The notes under the pieces are model-generated. The model saw only the letters and a program-made list of their open reading frames with translations. It had not been told where the DNA came from and made no database searches. Both the position numbers and the translations under genes were made by a program. A DNA stretch of 55,313 nucleotides, from the NCBI GenBank assembly GCA_002256025.1, contig NKIB01013594.1, positions 1-55,313 on the forward strand. The letters are read 5' to 3'. This document shows, one piece after another, positions 21,696 through 31,869 of the stretch. This DNA is from Asterionella formosa (taxonomy: Eukaryota). Each line of letters begins with the position of its first letter. Position 1 is the first letter of the stretch.

Positions 21696-22669
21696 ATGCG
21701 CACTTCTAGTATGGCTTCTTCTCTCCTTGTACTCCTCTCAGTCCCGAGGGCTTCGACAGCGTTCTCACTTCTTGCACCTAGAGGTGTCAAGTTTGGTGTC
21801 CATGTAAGTGACTGGAGGGTTGGTTGCCTTTGTCACACTGACGTTCATCCTCTCTCACACCTTGAATGCAACTCATGTATATTTGTTTTGTATTATTAGA
21901 CAGTTGCTCGTCACATGAGTACTGGTAGTGGCGGCATGCCATATGGAGACGATAAAATGCCATTTTACGCCTTGGGAACCAATCTTGCTGTTCAAGTTGG
22001 TGGTCAGGGTAGTTTCAAGACACTGTTGGAAGATGACGAATTGGAAGTAGTTCTTGAAGCCTTTTGCGACAATCTTCGGGGAAGTCAGCTTCACAATCCA
22101 CGTGAAATCTTGGGAAAGTATGGACCGGAGCTCAACAAGATTCTTCAAGATCGAACTGCCAACATTGTTGATCGAGTCAAGAAAGACGGAGAGGAATATG
22201 TTGCCAATTTTTTAGATTGCAATGAAGAAGCTATCAAAACGGAATCCGGTCTGGTTTATTACAGTATGAAGGAAGGTACTGGAGGTATGCCCACTCGGTC
22301 GAACACTGTGGAAGTTCACTACCATGGTATGTGTGGTTTGTGCCCGTGATTTGTACCTGTATGAAGGAGTGTGGAATTTAGTTTGGGAACGACTTCTTCA
22401 TTAGTACTCACGTTTGACTTTTTAATGAGATAGGAACTTTGACGGATGGAACAGTGTTTGATTCAAGTGTTGATCGTGGTCAGACTATTTCATTTCCGTT
22501 GAGTGGAGTTATCAAGGGATGGCAAGAGGGTCTGGCCATGATGAAGGTTGGTGGCAAGGCTACCCTAATCATTCCTTCTGACTTGGCATACGGTGACAGT
22601 GGATCTGGTGAAACTATCCCTCCTGGTGCTACCCTTAAGTTTGAGGTAGAGTTGTTTAATTACAGCTAA
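21696..22669 (+). CDS. FKBP-type peptidyl-prolyl isomerase (FkpA/Mip-like N-domain), probably plastid-targeted; exons 21696-21803, 21900-22326, 22434-22669
   Basis: [18 protein letters not shown]...VIKGWQEGL...[13 protein letters not shown]; two GT-AG introns join in frame; hydrophobic signal followed by STAF. Confidence 0.92.
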
Positions 22670-22895
22670 AAACAGAGTCGCCCTTGATTGAAGGGATGTT
22701 ATACCGACAAAAGCTCCTAAACACAAGCATTGGAGCAACGTGAACAGTTCAAATCGAAATAGAATAAATTGTCGAACCGCTAATGATAGTAAGCAAGGAC
22801 GTATCGTGCTGTCTATTAGAAACAGCGTCCCCAACAGGCAGTGACCACAAACGTGGGACGAGCATGGTAAAGTAAGTACGTTAGTTCGAATGAAA

Positions 22896-23447
22896 TTATT
22901 GGTCCGCCGTGTCACCACTTCCATCATCAATTAGTCCCAAATAATTATCCTTGATAGTTCCAATGGCTGTAATATTTCCTTGCTCAACAGTTCGTCCCTT
23001 AATCTTGAGTCGTACACCGCAACCTGACGAAATGATAATCTCCTTGTCATCACTCATCCATGCATCCTTGTCACCATCAAAGCCATTCATCAAGTCTTCT
23101 GGCATGCTATGTTTTGAAACAAAGATACGCAGCGGTCCCACAAAGGCAAAAAATCCCAGCGGAGAACAGATGGAAACGGTAGCATCCAAAACTTCATTGA
23201 TAAAAGGCCTGAGTAGGAGTGCTGTGTATTTGACGTAAAAGACAACATTGCCTGTATCGTATTCAATAATGCCACTTCTAATTTGATTTTCTGGCACTTC
23301 AATGACATTCACGACGTATCCGTAATTGGACAATGCAAGTCCTTCCACTTCTTCTTTTAGGAGGCGAACGATGGTCGATCGGAGTTTGGGGCCAAAGTGA
23401 ACTGGCTCCAACACAATTTCGTGTTCTAATTTCTTCACGTAAAACAT
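22896..23447 (-). CDS. RPB7: RNA polymerase II subunit 7
   Basis: MFYVKKLEHEIVLEPVHFGP...YGYVV...RPFINEVLDATV...GPLRIFVSKH. Confidence 0.93.
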   Translation of the reverse strand: MFYVKKLEHEIVLEPVHFGPKLRSTIVRLLKEEVEGLALSNYGYVVNVIEVPENQIRSGIIEYDTGNVVFYVKYTALLLRPFINEVLDATVSICSPLGFFAFVGPLRIFVSKHSMPEDLMNGFDGDKDAWMSDDKEIIISSGCGVRLKIKGRTVEQGNITAIGTIKDNYLGLIDDGSGDTADQ

Positions 23448-23735
23448 GTCACGAGAGTATTTAAAAAGGGTAGCGGAGCAGTAACACGTAGTCTAGCTTG
23501 GGTGATGATTGGAGATAGGTGTACGAACTTTATACTATGCAATGGAACAAGGTGTGATGTTCAATGTAATAAATAGGAGCTTCACATGAATGAAGGCTAA
23601 TAAGCAACAAGGGTAAATCAAGAATGTACCAGGTGTACCACAATGTAATGGTTGTCTTATCCATTACCGGTAGATACTCCGGATTCAGGAGCACACATAG
23701 ATACCTGGTAGTAACAGGACGCCGTACCCTTCTTG

Positions 23736-23802
23736 GAAGGTTGGGTAAATACTTTTTTACTTAAAAAACGTTTAAGCTAAATATCTCTATTACCGGACTT
23801 TC
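23736..23802. repeat. Miniature inverted-repeat element, copy 2 (reverse orientation)
   Basis: gaaggttgggtaa...agctaaatatctct...ttaccggactttc. Confidence 0.7.
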
Positions 23803-24112
23803 CTCTGGTAGTACAATTCAACGAGGTTTTCTCGATATAACAATTTCTCCTCTAATATATGTACATACAAATAAATAAATGAAAATATATATATGTAATC
23901 ATTCATATATGTAGAGGTATTGTTCATCATTCATTGCGTGATAGCATTCTTTGTTGCATCATCATCCTTTTTCTTTTTTCACAATTCGTGAAATGAATTG
24001 ATTGCTCTCGTAAGACTTTGATTCTGTCGTCAATGTTCTGCTCTCGTTGATACACCGCTTTTTCACGCCACAAGTTGTATCTAATTATAACTGTTTTGTT
24101 GAGTCCTACTGA

Positions 24113-27100
24113 ATGCGTCGCAGCATGAAAGAAGAAGACGACGATGAACAGCAGGAACCAGTCGTGACTTTGGAAGGAAATTTAATCGAGCATCGCGAGG
24201 AATTGCAGCAGATCGATCCGACATGCCCGGCTCCATTGAATCCTGAACGAAAGAAGTTCTGGAACACACGTCGAATCTTGCAACAAGTAGACCAGGGTAA
24301 ACTAGCAGAGGAATGGGCACGCCGACTGGAACACCATTCGCTGCTGCTTGTGGAGCGACTCTTTGAATATTTGTCTCTTATCACACCAGGAACGAATCAT
24401 TCACAAGGCATTTCATTGCCAGCTTCGGCTATTGGATGGCTGGCCACTCAGATTTATCCGACACACCATGATGCGGGGACTCATGCTCGACAGAAGGAGC
24501 CGCAGTGGATGGGTGCGTCCATGAGAGATAGGATTTCGTTACTCAAGTACCTCCTTCCACGAGCTACTCACTTGCGAGTAACTGCAGAAAAATGGCCTCC
24601 TTCAATAAAGAGAGGAAAAAATAGGGAGGGAATTGATACACCTGCTTCATTTGAAGGAAATGATATTTCTTTGAGTGAGATCTCGGTTCATTCCGCGTTG
24701 ACCATGGAAACTAGTTTGGCAGCACCTCCCAGCTTACAGGCATTCCTGATTTACTATCATGGAATACAGACCCGACCCCGAGTGGATATTAGAGTTTTTC
24801 CTAGCCTTTCCGTATTGTTTTTGGATCGCGTTGCCCCAGAATGGATCGCCAACCTTCCAGCCGACCTTCAGCTCCTTCGTGTGGATCGAAGCGGGATTTT
24901 CAATTTGACAATGTTTCTGTTTCGGCCACTGCCCGAAAAACCAGAATCAGAGGATGCTATCAGTTGTTCACAGTTGAAGAGCATGACACACTTGAAGTTG
25001 TCTCATTGTGCGATTGGAGAACTATCTGGTCTGCGAGGGACGAAGCGACTCGTTGAACGAGAAGGCGACCCATTGTCTCGAGAATATACATATATACCAC
25101 CTCCGTTGTCAAGATTACCCAATCTTTTGTCTCTGTGTATGTCAAACAATGAGCTTAGAACGGTTCGTTCTGCATTCGCGGGTTTATCGTCTCTCACAAT
25201 GTTACGGAGTGTTGATCTTTCGTTCAACTTTTTATCCACTCTGAAGGGATGTAATGGAATGGTTGGAAACATTAAAGAATTAATTTTGACGGGAAATAGA
25301 CTTCGGACAGTGAAAGGCCTTGACAAATGCTATAGCCTGGAGACTCTCTATCTTGACAGCAATGAATTTCAAGAAATAGCAGATGTTGCTACGCTTGCCA
25401 ATCTCCCTCAATTATCAATGCTATATTTGCATGACAATCCATTGGTGGAAAAGGATCCGAAAGGGTATCGCGTGCGAATTTTTGATCTATTCAAAGAAAG
25501 TCGACTTGGTTCACTGCTTCCAAATGCCACATATAGACAACTCCTAAACATATTGCCAATATTGGACGGTGAACCGGCGAGCAAGCGAGAGTTGGTTGGA
25601 CTCCGTGGGCTCACCTTCACACAATCCGTTGTTCCGGCTGGTATCTCTCTGCATTTACAAGTAGAGCAAATGGATCAAAATAATTTGCCAACAATAAATG
25701 ATTTGAGGGATGTCGATTTTTCTGGTGAGACTATATCCTCAACTTCGTTGTTGATATCAAGACCACGGCGAGTCCAGCGAAATGGCAAGCGACGACAAGC
25801 TAGAGTTGACGATGGCTTTGCAAATGACCGAATTTTTATGAAGAAAAGCACATATTCGGCTGAATCATTGGCTCTACCAGCATTGCAGTTTTCTGTCCAA
25901 GATGTAATTACTAGCTTGTCAACTCCAGTGCACACGGAGGACGAAAGTGTTGATCTCACCACGAGTGAACCTAGCGTTGATGGTGGACTTGTTAACGCGT
26001 TTAAAGTCATCCTTGCGGAAAAATCGATGGATGAGTATGTCGATGACACTAGAAATGAAGCTAAAAACCATCATGAAAATTATGCAAATGACAACAGAAG
26101 CATTCAAAATCCAGCATCCCCTTCGATGAAGTTACTGTTAGCCGATCACATGAATGGAATTTCGCATACTCGCGATTTGAGTGACATGTCGTTGTCGACG
26201 ATTAATGGCGACGACGAAAGTGCTGGTGACCTTGGTGCCGGCAAAGGCGACGAATGCAGCAATAAAATCATGCTTGACGGGCCGCCACTGGTCACCTTGG
26301 AGGAGGAGGAGGAAGGTAACGATACTCTTGAAGAAATGATAACAAGTGTTACGAGATCAAGCGTAAAGCCAATGAGATCTATGGCTCTGACGCTGAAAGA
26401 TGCACAACTAGACTTTGAAGAATACACAGATACTATACCGATATCTAAAGTCAGTTTTCCGGAACACGTCTGGGGAAGTAACAGTGATGCTCATTCGATT
26501 GCAAGTAGTCTTGGCACAAATACACATGACTTTCTCGCAGAGGATAAGTATCATATGGCAGAAGAGAACACTTTCTATGATGGTCCCGATCTTTATAAAC
26601 ACTTATCTGTCGTCACGAACTTAGAGCTTTATTTCAAGAGCTTTGTGTTTGTACCCGAAGACCACGCGAGCAACCGACCGTTTGCAGGGCAGCTAAGTGA
26701 AGAAGAATTGTCAACCAGACTGCTAGAAACCGCGCCAAGAATTCAACTAAGGCCTTTGGATCGGAAGACGATGGAGTCTCTGAATAGGGAACAATCAGTT
26801 GGAATTAAACCCACGGCCTTGAACGAAACGTTTCTCCGTGTGTGGAGAGAAGATGTTCTGGCCTGCGGAAAAGCTGCGGCAAGGCGAGTTACCCCGTGTC
26901 GTACTCCGCGGAGATCGTTTCATGGAGACTGTTTGTTCTCAAATGGAAAACTCGAGAAATCTTGTGAGACGAGGACGCTAATTATGTGCAGCACACACGC
27001 CGCTATCTATCTTATACCGGACTATGATCAATTGACGATCCAATCTCAAAGTAAACATGACAAGCGCCGATTTCCGTCCCCTATACCACGGGAAGCATTG

Positions 27101-27802
27101 TTTCAAAATGCCCCTTGGCCTCACGCCTTAGCGCGACATCCAATTCATACTTTAAATAGAATCACGATTGGGTTTGGATTTCAAAGACTCACTCTCCGCT
27201 TCGGGCCTGGCTCTGCTATTGAACAAACAGTATTGGGCAATGATTATTATACCTACGTTTTAAATACTTGCAACAAGCTGCGAACGGTGTCATTGTTGCA
27301 ACAACTTCAAGAACAAGCTAAAGAGGATGCGAGTAAGGTGTCAACTCTGGTAGTCACCAACATGACAATTGATAATGACGACAAACAAGTCTTGGACGCC
27401 CTCTCCGCAGCCGTTGCGCCCAGCAGTGTCGGAATAATCCTGCACTATCAAATTCTACAGCAGCGATGGAAGCATGGAGACCGAGGGGTTGTAAGGCGTG
27501 TCTGTGTTGTCACAGATCAACAGCTCTTTTTGCTGGACGAAGACTATGTTGGAGACGGCTCCGAATCCTTTGAGGCTGGAGCCAGAACATTTGGTGATAT
27601 TCTCTTTAGAATTGTCGATTCGGCAGAGCTGGTTCAAGTTTCGCAAGTCCAAGCAGCTGGGTTTGATCCAAAGGCAATCACAGTTGTCATTCGTCCAAAA
27701 AGTAGGCTCCAGCGGACTCGGAATTGGAGATTGCTTTGTCGTGACGCCGAGGGCGCCGAACGGCTGGTTGAAGACGTCCGGAAGGCAGTTAATTTGTCTT
27801 GA
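24113..27802 (+). CDS. Nischarin/STK11IP-like leucine-rich-repeat protein
   Basis: LRRs (LRSVDLSFNFL, IKELILTGNRL, LETLYLDSNEF, LSMLYLHDNPL), ITIGFGFQRLTL, and C-terminal VVTDQQLFLLDED as in Nischarin. Confidence 0.75.
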   Translation: MRRSMKEEDDDEQQEPVVTLEGNLIEHREELQQIDPTCPAPLNPERKKFWNTRRILQQVDQGKLAEEWARRLEHHSLLLVERLFEYLSLITPGTNHSQGISLPASAIGWLATQIYPTHHDAGTHARQKEPQWMGASMRDRISLLKYLLPRATHLRVTAEKWPPSIKRGKNREGIDTPASFEGNDISLSEISVHSALTMETSLAAPPSLQAFLIYYHGIQTRPRVDIRVFPSLSVLFLDRVAPEWIANLPADLQLLRVDRSGIFNLTMFLFRPLPEKPESEDAISCSQLKSMTHLKLSHCAIGELSGLRGTKRLVEREGDPLSREYTYIPPPLSRLPNLLSLCMSNNELRTVRSAFAGLSSLTMLRSVDLSFNFLSTLKGCNGMVGNIKELILTGNRLRTVKGLDKCYSLETLYLDSNEFQEIADVATLANLPQLSMLYLHDNPLVEKDPKGYRVRIFDLFKESRLGSLLPNATYRQLLNILPILDGEPASKRELVGLRGLTFTQSVVPAGISLHLQVEQMDQNNLPTINDLRDVDFSGETISSTSLLISRPRRVQRNGKRRQARVDDGFANDRIFMKKSTYSAESLALPALQFSVQDVITSLSTPVHTEDESVDLTTSEPSVDGGLVNAFKVILAEKSMDEYVDDTRNEAKNHHENYANDNRSIQNPASPSMKLLLADHMNGISHTRDLSDMSLSTINGDDESAGDLGAGKGDECSNKIMLDGPPLVTLEEEEEGNDTLEEMITSVTRSSVKPMRSMALTLKDAQLDFEEYTDTIPISKVSFPEHVWGSNSDAHSIASSLGTNTHDFLAEDKYHMAEENTFYDGPDLYKHLSVVTNLELYFKSFVFVPEDHASNRPFAGQLSEEELSTRLLETAPRIQLRPLDRKTMESLNREQSVGIKPTALNETFLRVWREDVLACGKAAARRVTPCRTPRRSFHGDCLFSNGKLEKSCETRTLIMCSTHAAIYLIPDYDQLTIQSQSKHDKRRFPSPIPREALFQNAPWPHALARHPIHTLNRITIGFGFQRLTLRFGPGSAIEQTVLGNDYYTYVLNTCNKLRTVSLLQQLQEQAKEDASKVSTLVVTNMTIDNDDKQVLDALSAAVAPSSVGIILHYQILQQRWKHGDRGVVRRVCVVTDQQLFLLDEDYVGDGSESFEAGARTFGDILFRIVDSAELVQVSQVQAAGFDPKAITVVIRPKSRLQRTRNWRLLCRDAEGAERLVEDVRKAVNLS

Positions 27803-27844
27803 GCGGGAGTGAGGAGCTGCACTCATATTTTTGAAGATTTTCTG

Positions 27845-29128
27845 TTACACTGAAAGAAGTTGAGCTTGTGACATGTTTCTAGGAAACACACGAGTTACTC
27901 CATTTGAAACGATAACAACAATGGAATCACCTGCGTGCTGCTTGATATAATCAAGTAGTGCGCCTTTTCGTTTCTGTTGACCACCAGTTGTATTCGGGGA
28001 TTCGTCTGGAAATGGCGTTTCTGGCCACACTTGTTTCCACTTCTTCTTGACATTTCCAACATCAAGTCCTTTATTGCCATACTCTAATAGCACTGCAATG
28101 AGTCTAGCTGTGAAGCAATCATCGTCGCTTCGTTCGCCTTGAGTAGAAGTAGCTTCTAACATAAGTTTCAAAGAATGCGCTGGATTCATTTGCTTTCCGA
28201 TTCCGTCTTCTTTGATAAGGTGGTCATATGCCTTTTGTAAGTCATCAAACTTGTTTACGTTCGATTCAGTGGCAGACATTCGGTCGGGATGCAAGGCCTT
28301 TGCTTGCCGGAGAAATGCTTGTCGTATTTCCTGTGGGCCAGCAGTAGTATGGTCCACTCCAAGAATTGCACAAGATCTCGCTCGATCCATGCTACATTCT
28401 CGCCTTAGATATGCCGCAATTTCTTTGTGTCTGACCGAATTCGCCATGTCAGCCAAGTCAGCTGCATAATTTCCGGCTAAATCTTGAGTGTCGTCCATCA
28501 TTCCATGTTCAACCTTGAGGTATTTAATGAGATCAAGATGACCACCCCAAGCGCTTTTATGTAGCGGGCTATGTCCCTGTCGCTGTTTATGGAGGAAATT
28601 CACTCCCGGCTGGTTGGATAGCCATCGGGCGAAAGCAATTATGTCTTCACTTGGCGTTAAATGCGGACACAATCCAATCCAGTGAACAGCTCCGCAGTCA
28701 AACTCGTTTGTTTGAGCTGGGTCGACCCCTTCTTGAACCAACCACTTGGCAATTTCTAGATGACATTGCCACACCGCCAACTGAAAAGGTGATACGAGAT
28801 GTTTGGCCCGAGCATCAACCCCTGCCCCAAGCTCCACAAGACGCTTGGCACATTCGATGTGTCCATTCCTACAGGCATAGTGAAGTGGAGTTCTTCCTTT
28901 TGCCTTTTTGGTGGCAACTATGTTCACATCGATATTCCTGTCTTTCACTAGATAATTTAGCGCATCCAATTGACTCGACCCTGCAGCCCAATGGAGACAA
29001 GTGCAACCGGAGTCGCATCGGGCGCTCAATATTTGTTCTGCTGTGGCTGTTTTCAATACACTAATGTCGCCGCAGGCTGCAGCATTTAGAAGTAGAGCGC
29101 TTTCTTTGTTTGACGCTCGAATCTCCAT
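27845..29128 (-). CDS. Ankyrin-repeat + DnaJ-domain protein with possible C-terminal LOTUS/OST-HTH
   Basis: GCTCLHWAA, GRTPLHYAC and GHSPLHKSA ankyrin repeats; ILGV...EIRQAFLRQAKALHPD...FDDLQKAYDHL J domain. Confidence 0.85.
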   Translation of the reverse strand: MEIRASNKESALLLNAAACGDISVLKTATAEQILSARCDSGCTCLHWAAGSSQLDALNYLVKDRNIDVNIVATKKAKGRTPLHYACRNGHIECAKRLVELGAGVDARAKHLVSPFQLAVWQCHLEIAKWLVQEGVDPAQTNEFDCGAVHWIGLCPHLTPSEDIIAFARWLSNQPGVNFLHKQRQGHSPLHKSAWGGHLDLIKYLKVEHGMMDDTQDLAGNYAADLADMANSVRHKEIAAYLRRECSMDRARSCAILGVDHTTAGPQEIRQAFLRQAKALHPDRMSATESNVNKFDDLQKAYDHLIKEDGIGKQMNPAHSLKLMLEATSTQGERSDDDCFTARLIAVLLEYGNKGLDVGNVKKKWKQVWPETPFPDESPNTTGGQQKRKGALLDYIKQHAGDSIVVIVSNGVTRVFPRNMSQAQLLSV

Positions 29129-29598
29129 TCCTCGTCCTGCGTGATGAACCGGAATAGACTACCCTCGGAGTACCAGGTACCTGGTACCTTATTGTTGCCA
29201 AGGACTGGAGCTATTATTTGGTAGACAACATCCAGGGATCGTCTGCAAGTTGCAGTCATTTTGCTTCAACTAAGATTTTAATCTGGGATAAAGATGGCTA
29301 AAGCTTTAGCTTCAGCATAATTACCGCAACTTGCTGGTCTTGTTGGATAGTCCAATTTCGCTCGTCAGGTTGCACTGGGAACCCTAACGCAAAGTAGGGT
29401 TCAAAAGAAACATGCATTCGCTATTTTACACGAGTTTGCATTCTCATGTGTTTAAACCATAAACAAGAATGCCAATGCTAAAAGTAGGAGTACCAGGTAA
29501 TTTAGGTGGGTATATGGTACCCAAGTAATAGAACACTAGATCTACTTATACTGATAGATTAAAGGATACACCATGGATTGCTTCCATCTACCAAACTT

Positions 29599-31869
29599 CT
29601 ACACCTGGTTTTCATAAAAATTGAAGTCTTGATGGGAAAATTGTGCCATGCTGGCAGCAGCAGCTTCTGCCTCAGCCTTCGAATTCAGTTTCTCCGTCAA
29701 TTTACTTCCATAGGGAGCATAGTGCGCACGAGGTTGCCACGCAAAACCAAGTTCTTCCAATTGCTGTCGTCGCTCAGTCGTCAACGAGCTCTTTCTCCCT
29801 TCCTGCCAATTTTTCCACTGCTTTCGTTGTGCTTTCATCCAATCAAGCAATATCTGGTCATCTGGAAATATTTCGCGGGCCTTATTGCAGTCCCCGCAAA
29901 TTTCCTTGACGATGCGGAGTTTCTCGATGCGTGACTTGTATTTGTCAGGATCGGCTCTGCGACCTGAATGGCCATGCTGAATATATGGACCTCTTGGTTT
30001 TTGGACGCGTTCAAAACTAAAACCAAGCTCCTCCAACTTCTTGACTCGTACCCTGTCCAACGAACTTTTCTTTCCAAGCAAGTAACAAGTGTTGTATTCG
30101 TCACGCTGACGTTGTACCCACCTGCGAAAGCTCATAACTTCAGGGTCGGTGCACTCTTCTTCCTCTGGAACTGAACCTGACCCTGTCCCTTCCTCATTAT
30201 CGATAGATAATGTCATTTCATTTCCTTCTTCACCCATGTCCATCCCCCCAGGCATTTCATCGTCCATACTGGGCTCTCCATCGAGAGCTCCAATGTTGCT
30301 TCCTTCTAGGCTTCGCTGCTGGTTTGTGACCAAAGGGGGCGGGGGTACATATAAATGCCCGTGCTCGCGTCGAAAGTCTCGGAGTTGCTCCATTCGAGTT
30401 TCGAAGGTAGGATTAGCCTTTTTGATATCCCACAAAAATCCCAAGTTGTCTAATTTTTCAAATCGCTCGCCCATAATTGATGGCAGCCTCTTTCGATAAT
30501 TTTTTCGCTGCATGTGAACCCATTCCGACAGCTTTATATTCTCTTTATATCCTCTTGGTACTTTGCAATGACCGTGTATGGCTTTGAATTCGACTAACTC
30601 ATTGAAACGCATCTCCCAAGGCACACTTTCTGTTAATTGAAACTCAAATCCTAATTCCGCTAACCGCTCAATACGCTCAGCATTGAGAGACCAGGGATCG
30701 GTGGAGTTCAATTTTTCATGTTGCCCTTGTGGGTTGGCCATTATGCTTCGATATTCTGAACGCATTTGTGCTACCCAGCGCCCTAAACCAGGAGTGCGAA
30801 CAGGCACGCGACAATGATTGTATCCTTTGTGAAAATGGAGTAATTCCTCGAAGCGTTCTTCCCACTGGGGAGCGGTAATGTTCTCTGTTGGGATCCCTGC
30901 CTTTGCAAGTTCCAACTTGCGAGCAACGACTTGGGCACGCTCTTCTTCAGACAGAGGGCCAGTGGATACATTTCGCTTCTTGATTTCTTCTGCAATCTCA
31001 GCCTCAGTGCGGGGCCTTGGTTTTGTTATAGTGGGAGCCCTGCTCTTTTTAGACTCTGATTCCCGTCGCTTGCGTTCTGCCTCGTCTTTTACCATTTCAA
31101 TTTGTTCCCTTTCGGCTGCCAAAGTCTCGAGTTGTTTCCGTAGACGATCCATTTTCTTATTCGCGTTTCTCTTTTCTTTTGTCGCTTCTTTCCTCATGCC
31201 GATGACGAGGTCCTTGACGTCATCAGGAACATCCGTGCGCTTGCCAATGTTGGCTTGCAACGACAATGGCTTTACAGGATTCCTAGGTCGGCCACGTTTC
31301 GGGGAATCGCCACCACCTTCCAAATCATGCCATCTGCGCTTGCGACTGTCGTCTGAGGCATGATCCGGTTTCTTGATAATTTCATGTAGGTCCTTGTTTT
31401 CCCGTTCTAGCCTCTTGATTTCGTTCTGTAACTTTGAAATTAACGACAGATGATTCTCATACTCGGAGTTGTAACGAAGTTCAACCACGGGCATAGAATT
31501 GTAGAGAAAAGAAGAGCTTGCGAGATATGGAAACGAGTTTGCCATTTCGTCTAAGATACCTTGATAGACATGTCTGTTGGCAGGAGGATGTTTCTTGAGT
31601 TTTTGCGCGGCAATAGCTTCTGTACTTTGGTGCTCAGCTAAATTAGGGTTCTCAATGACAAACGCAGCCTTCTCTTCTTCCTCTTCGAGACGTTGAAAAT
31701 AGTGATAAATGGAAGCATGAAAGCAAGCTCGCTTATCAGCGTCCATAATGGGGTTTGCTGTGATGCTAATAGGTTCGGTCAAAACGATTTGCTCCTGGCT
31801 TGCAAGGTCTCCATGTTCTGGATAAGCCATTTCAGTACCGGTAGGTGCAGTCACAGGAAGACGATCCAT
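29599..31869 (-). CDS. Helicase-associated (HA) repeat protein with coiled coil and AT-hook
   Basis: Four HA repeats (WEERFEEL..HCRVP..LGRWV..LAELGF etc.); PKRGRPR. Confidence 0.88.
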   Translation of the reverse strand: MDRLPVTAPTGTEMAYPEHGDLASQEQIVLTEPISITANPIMDADKRACFHASIYHYFQRLEEEEEKAAFVIENPNLAEHQSTEAIAAQKLKKHPPANRHVYQGILDEMANSFPYLASSSFLYNSMPVVELRYNSEYENHLSLISKLQNEIKRLERENKDLHEIIKKPDHASDDSRKRRWHDLEGGGDSPKRGRPRNPVKPLSLQANIGKRTDVPDDVKDLVIGMRKEATKEKRNANKKMDRLRKQLETLAAEREQIEMVKDEAERKRRESESKKSRAPTITKPRPRTEAEIAEEIKKRNVSTGPLSEEERAQVVARKLELAKAGIPTENITAPQWEERFEELLHFHKGYNHCRVPVRTPGLGRWVAQMRSEYRSIMANPQGQHEKLNSTDPWSLNAERIERLAELGFEFQLTESVPWEMRFNELVEFKAIHGHCKVPRGYKENIKLSEWVHMQRKNYRKRLPSIMGERFEKLDNLGFLWDIKKANPTFETRMEQLRDFRREHGHLYVPPPPLVTNQQRSLEGSNIGALDGEPSMDDEMPGGMDMGEEGNEMTLSIDNEEGTGSGSVPEEEECTDPEVMSFRRWVQRQRDEYNTCYLLGKKSSLDRVRVKKLEELGFSFERVQKPRGPYIQHGHSGRRADPDKYKSRIEKLRIVKEICGDCNKAREIFPDDQILLDWMKAQRKQWKNWQEGRKSSLTTERRQQLEELGFAWQPRAHYAPYGSKLTEKLNSKAEAEAAAASMAQFSHQDFNFYENQV

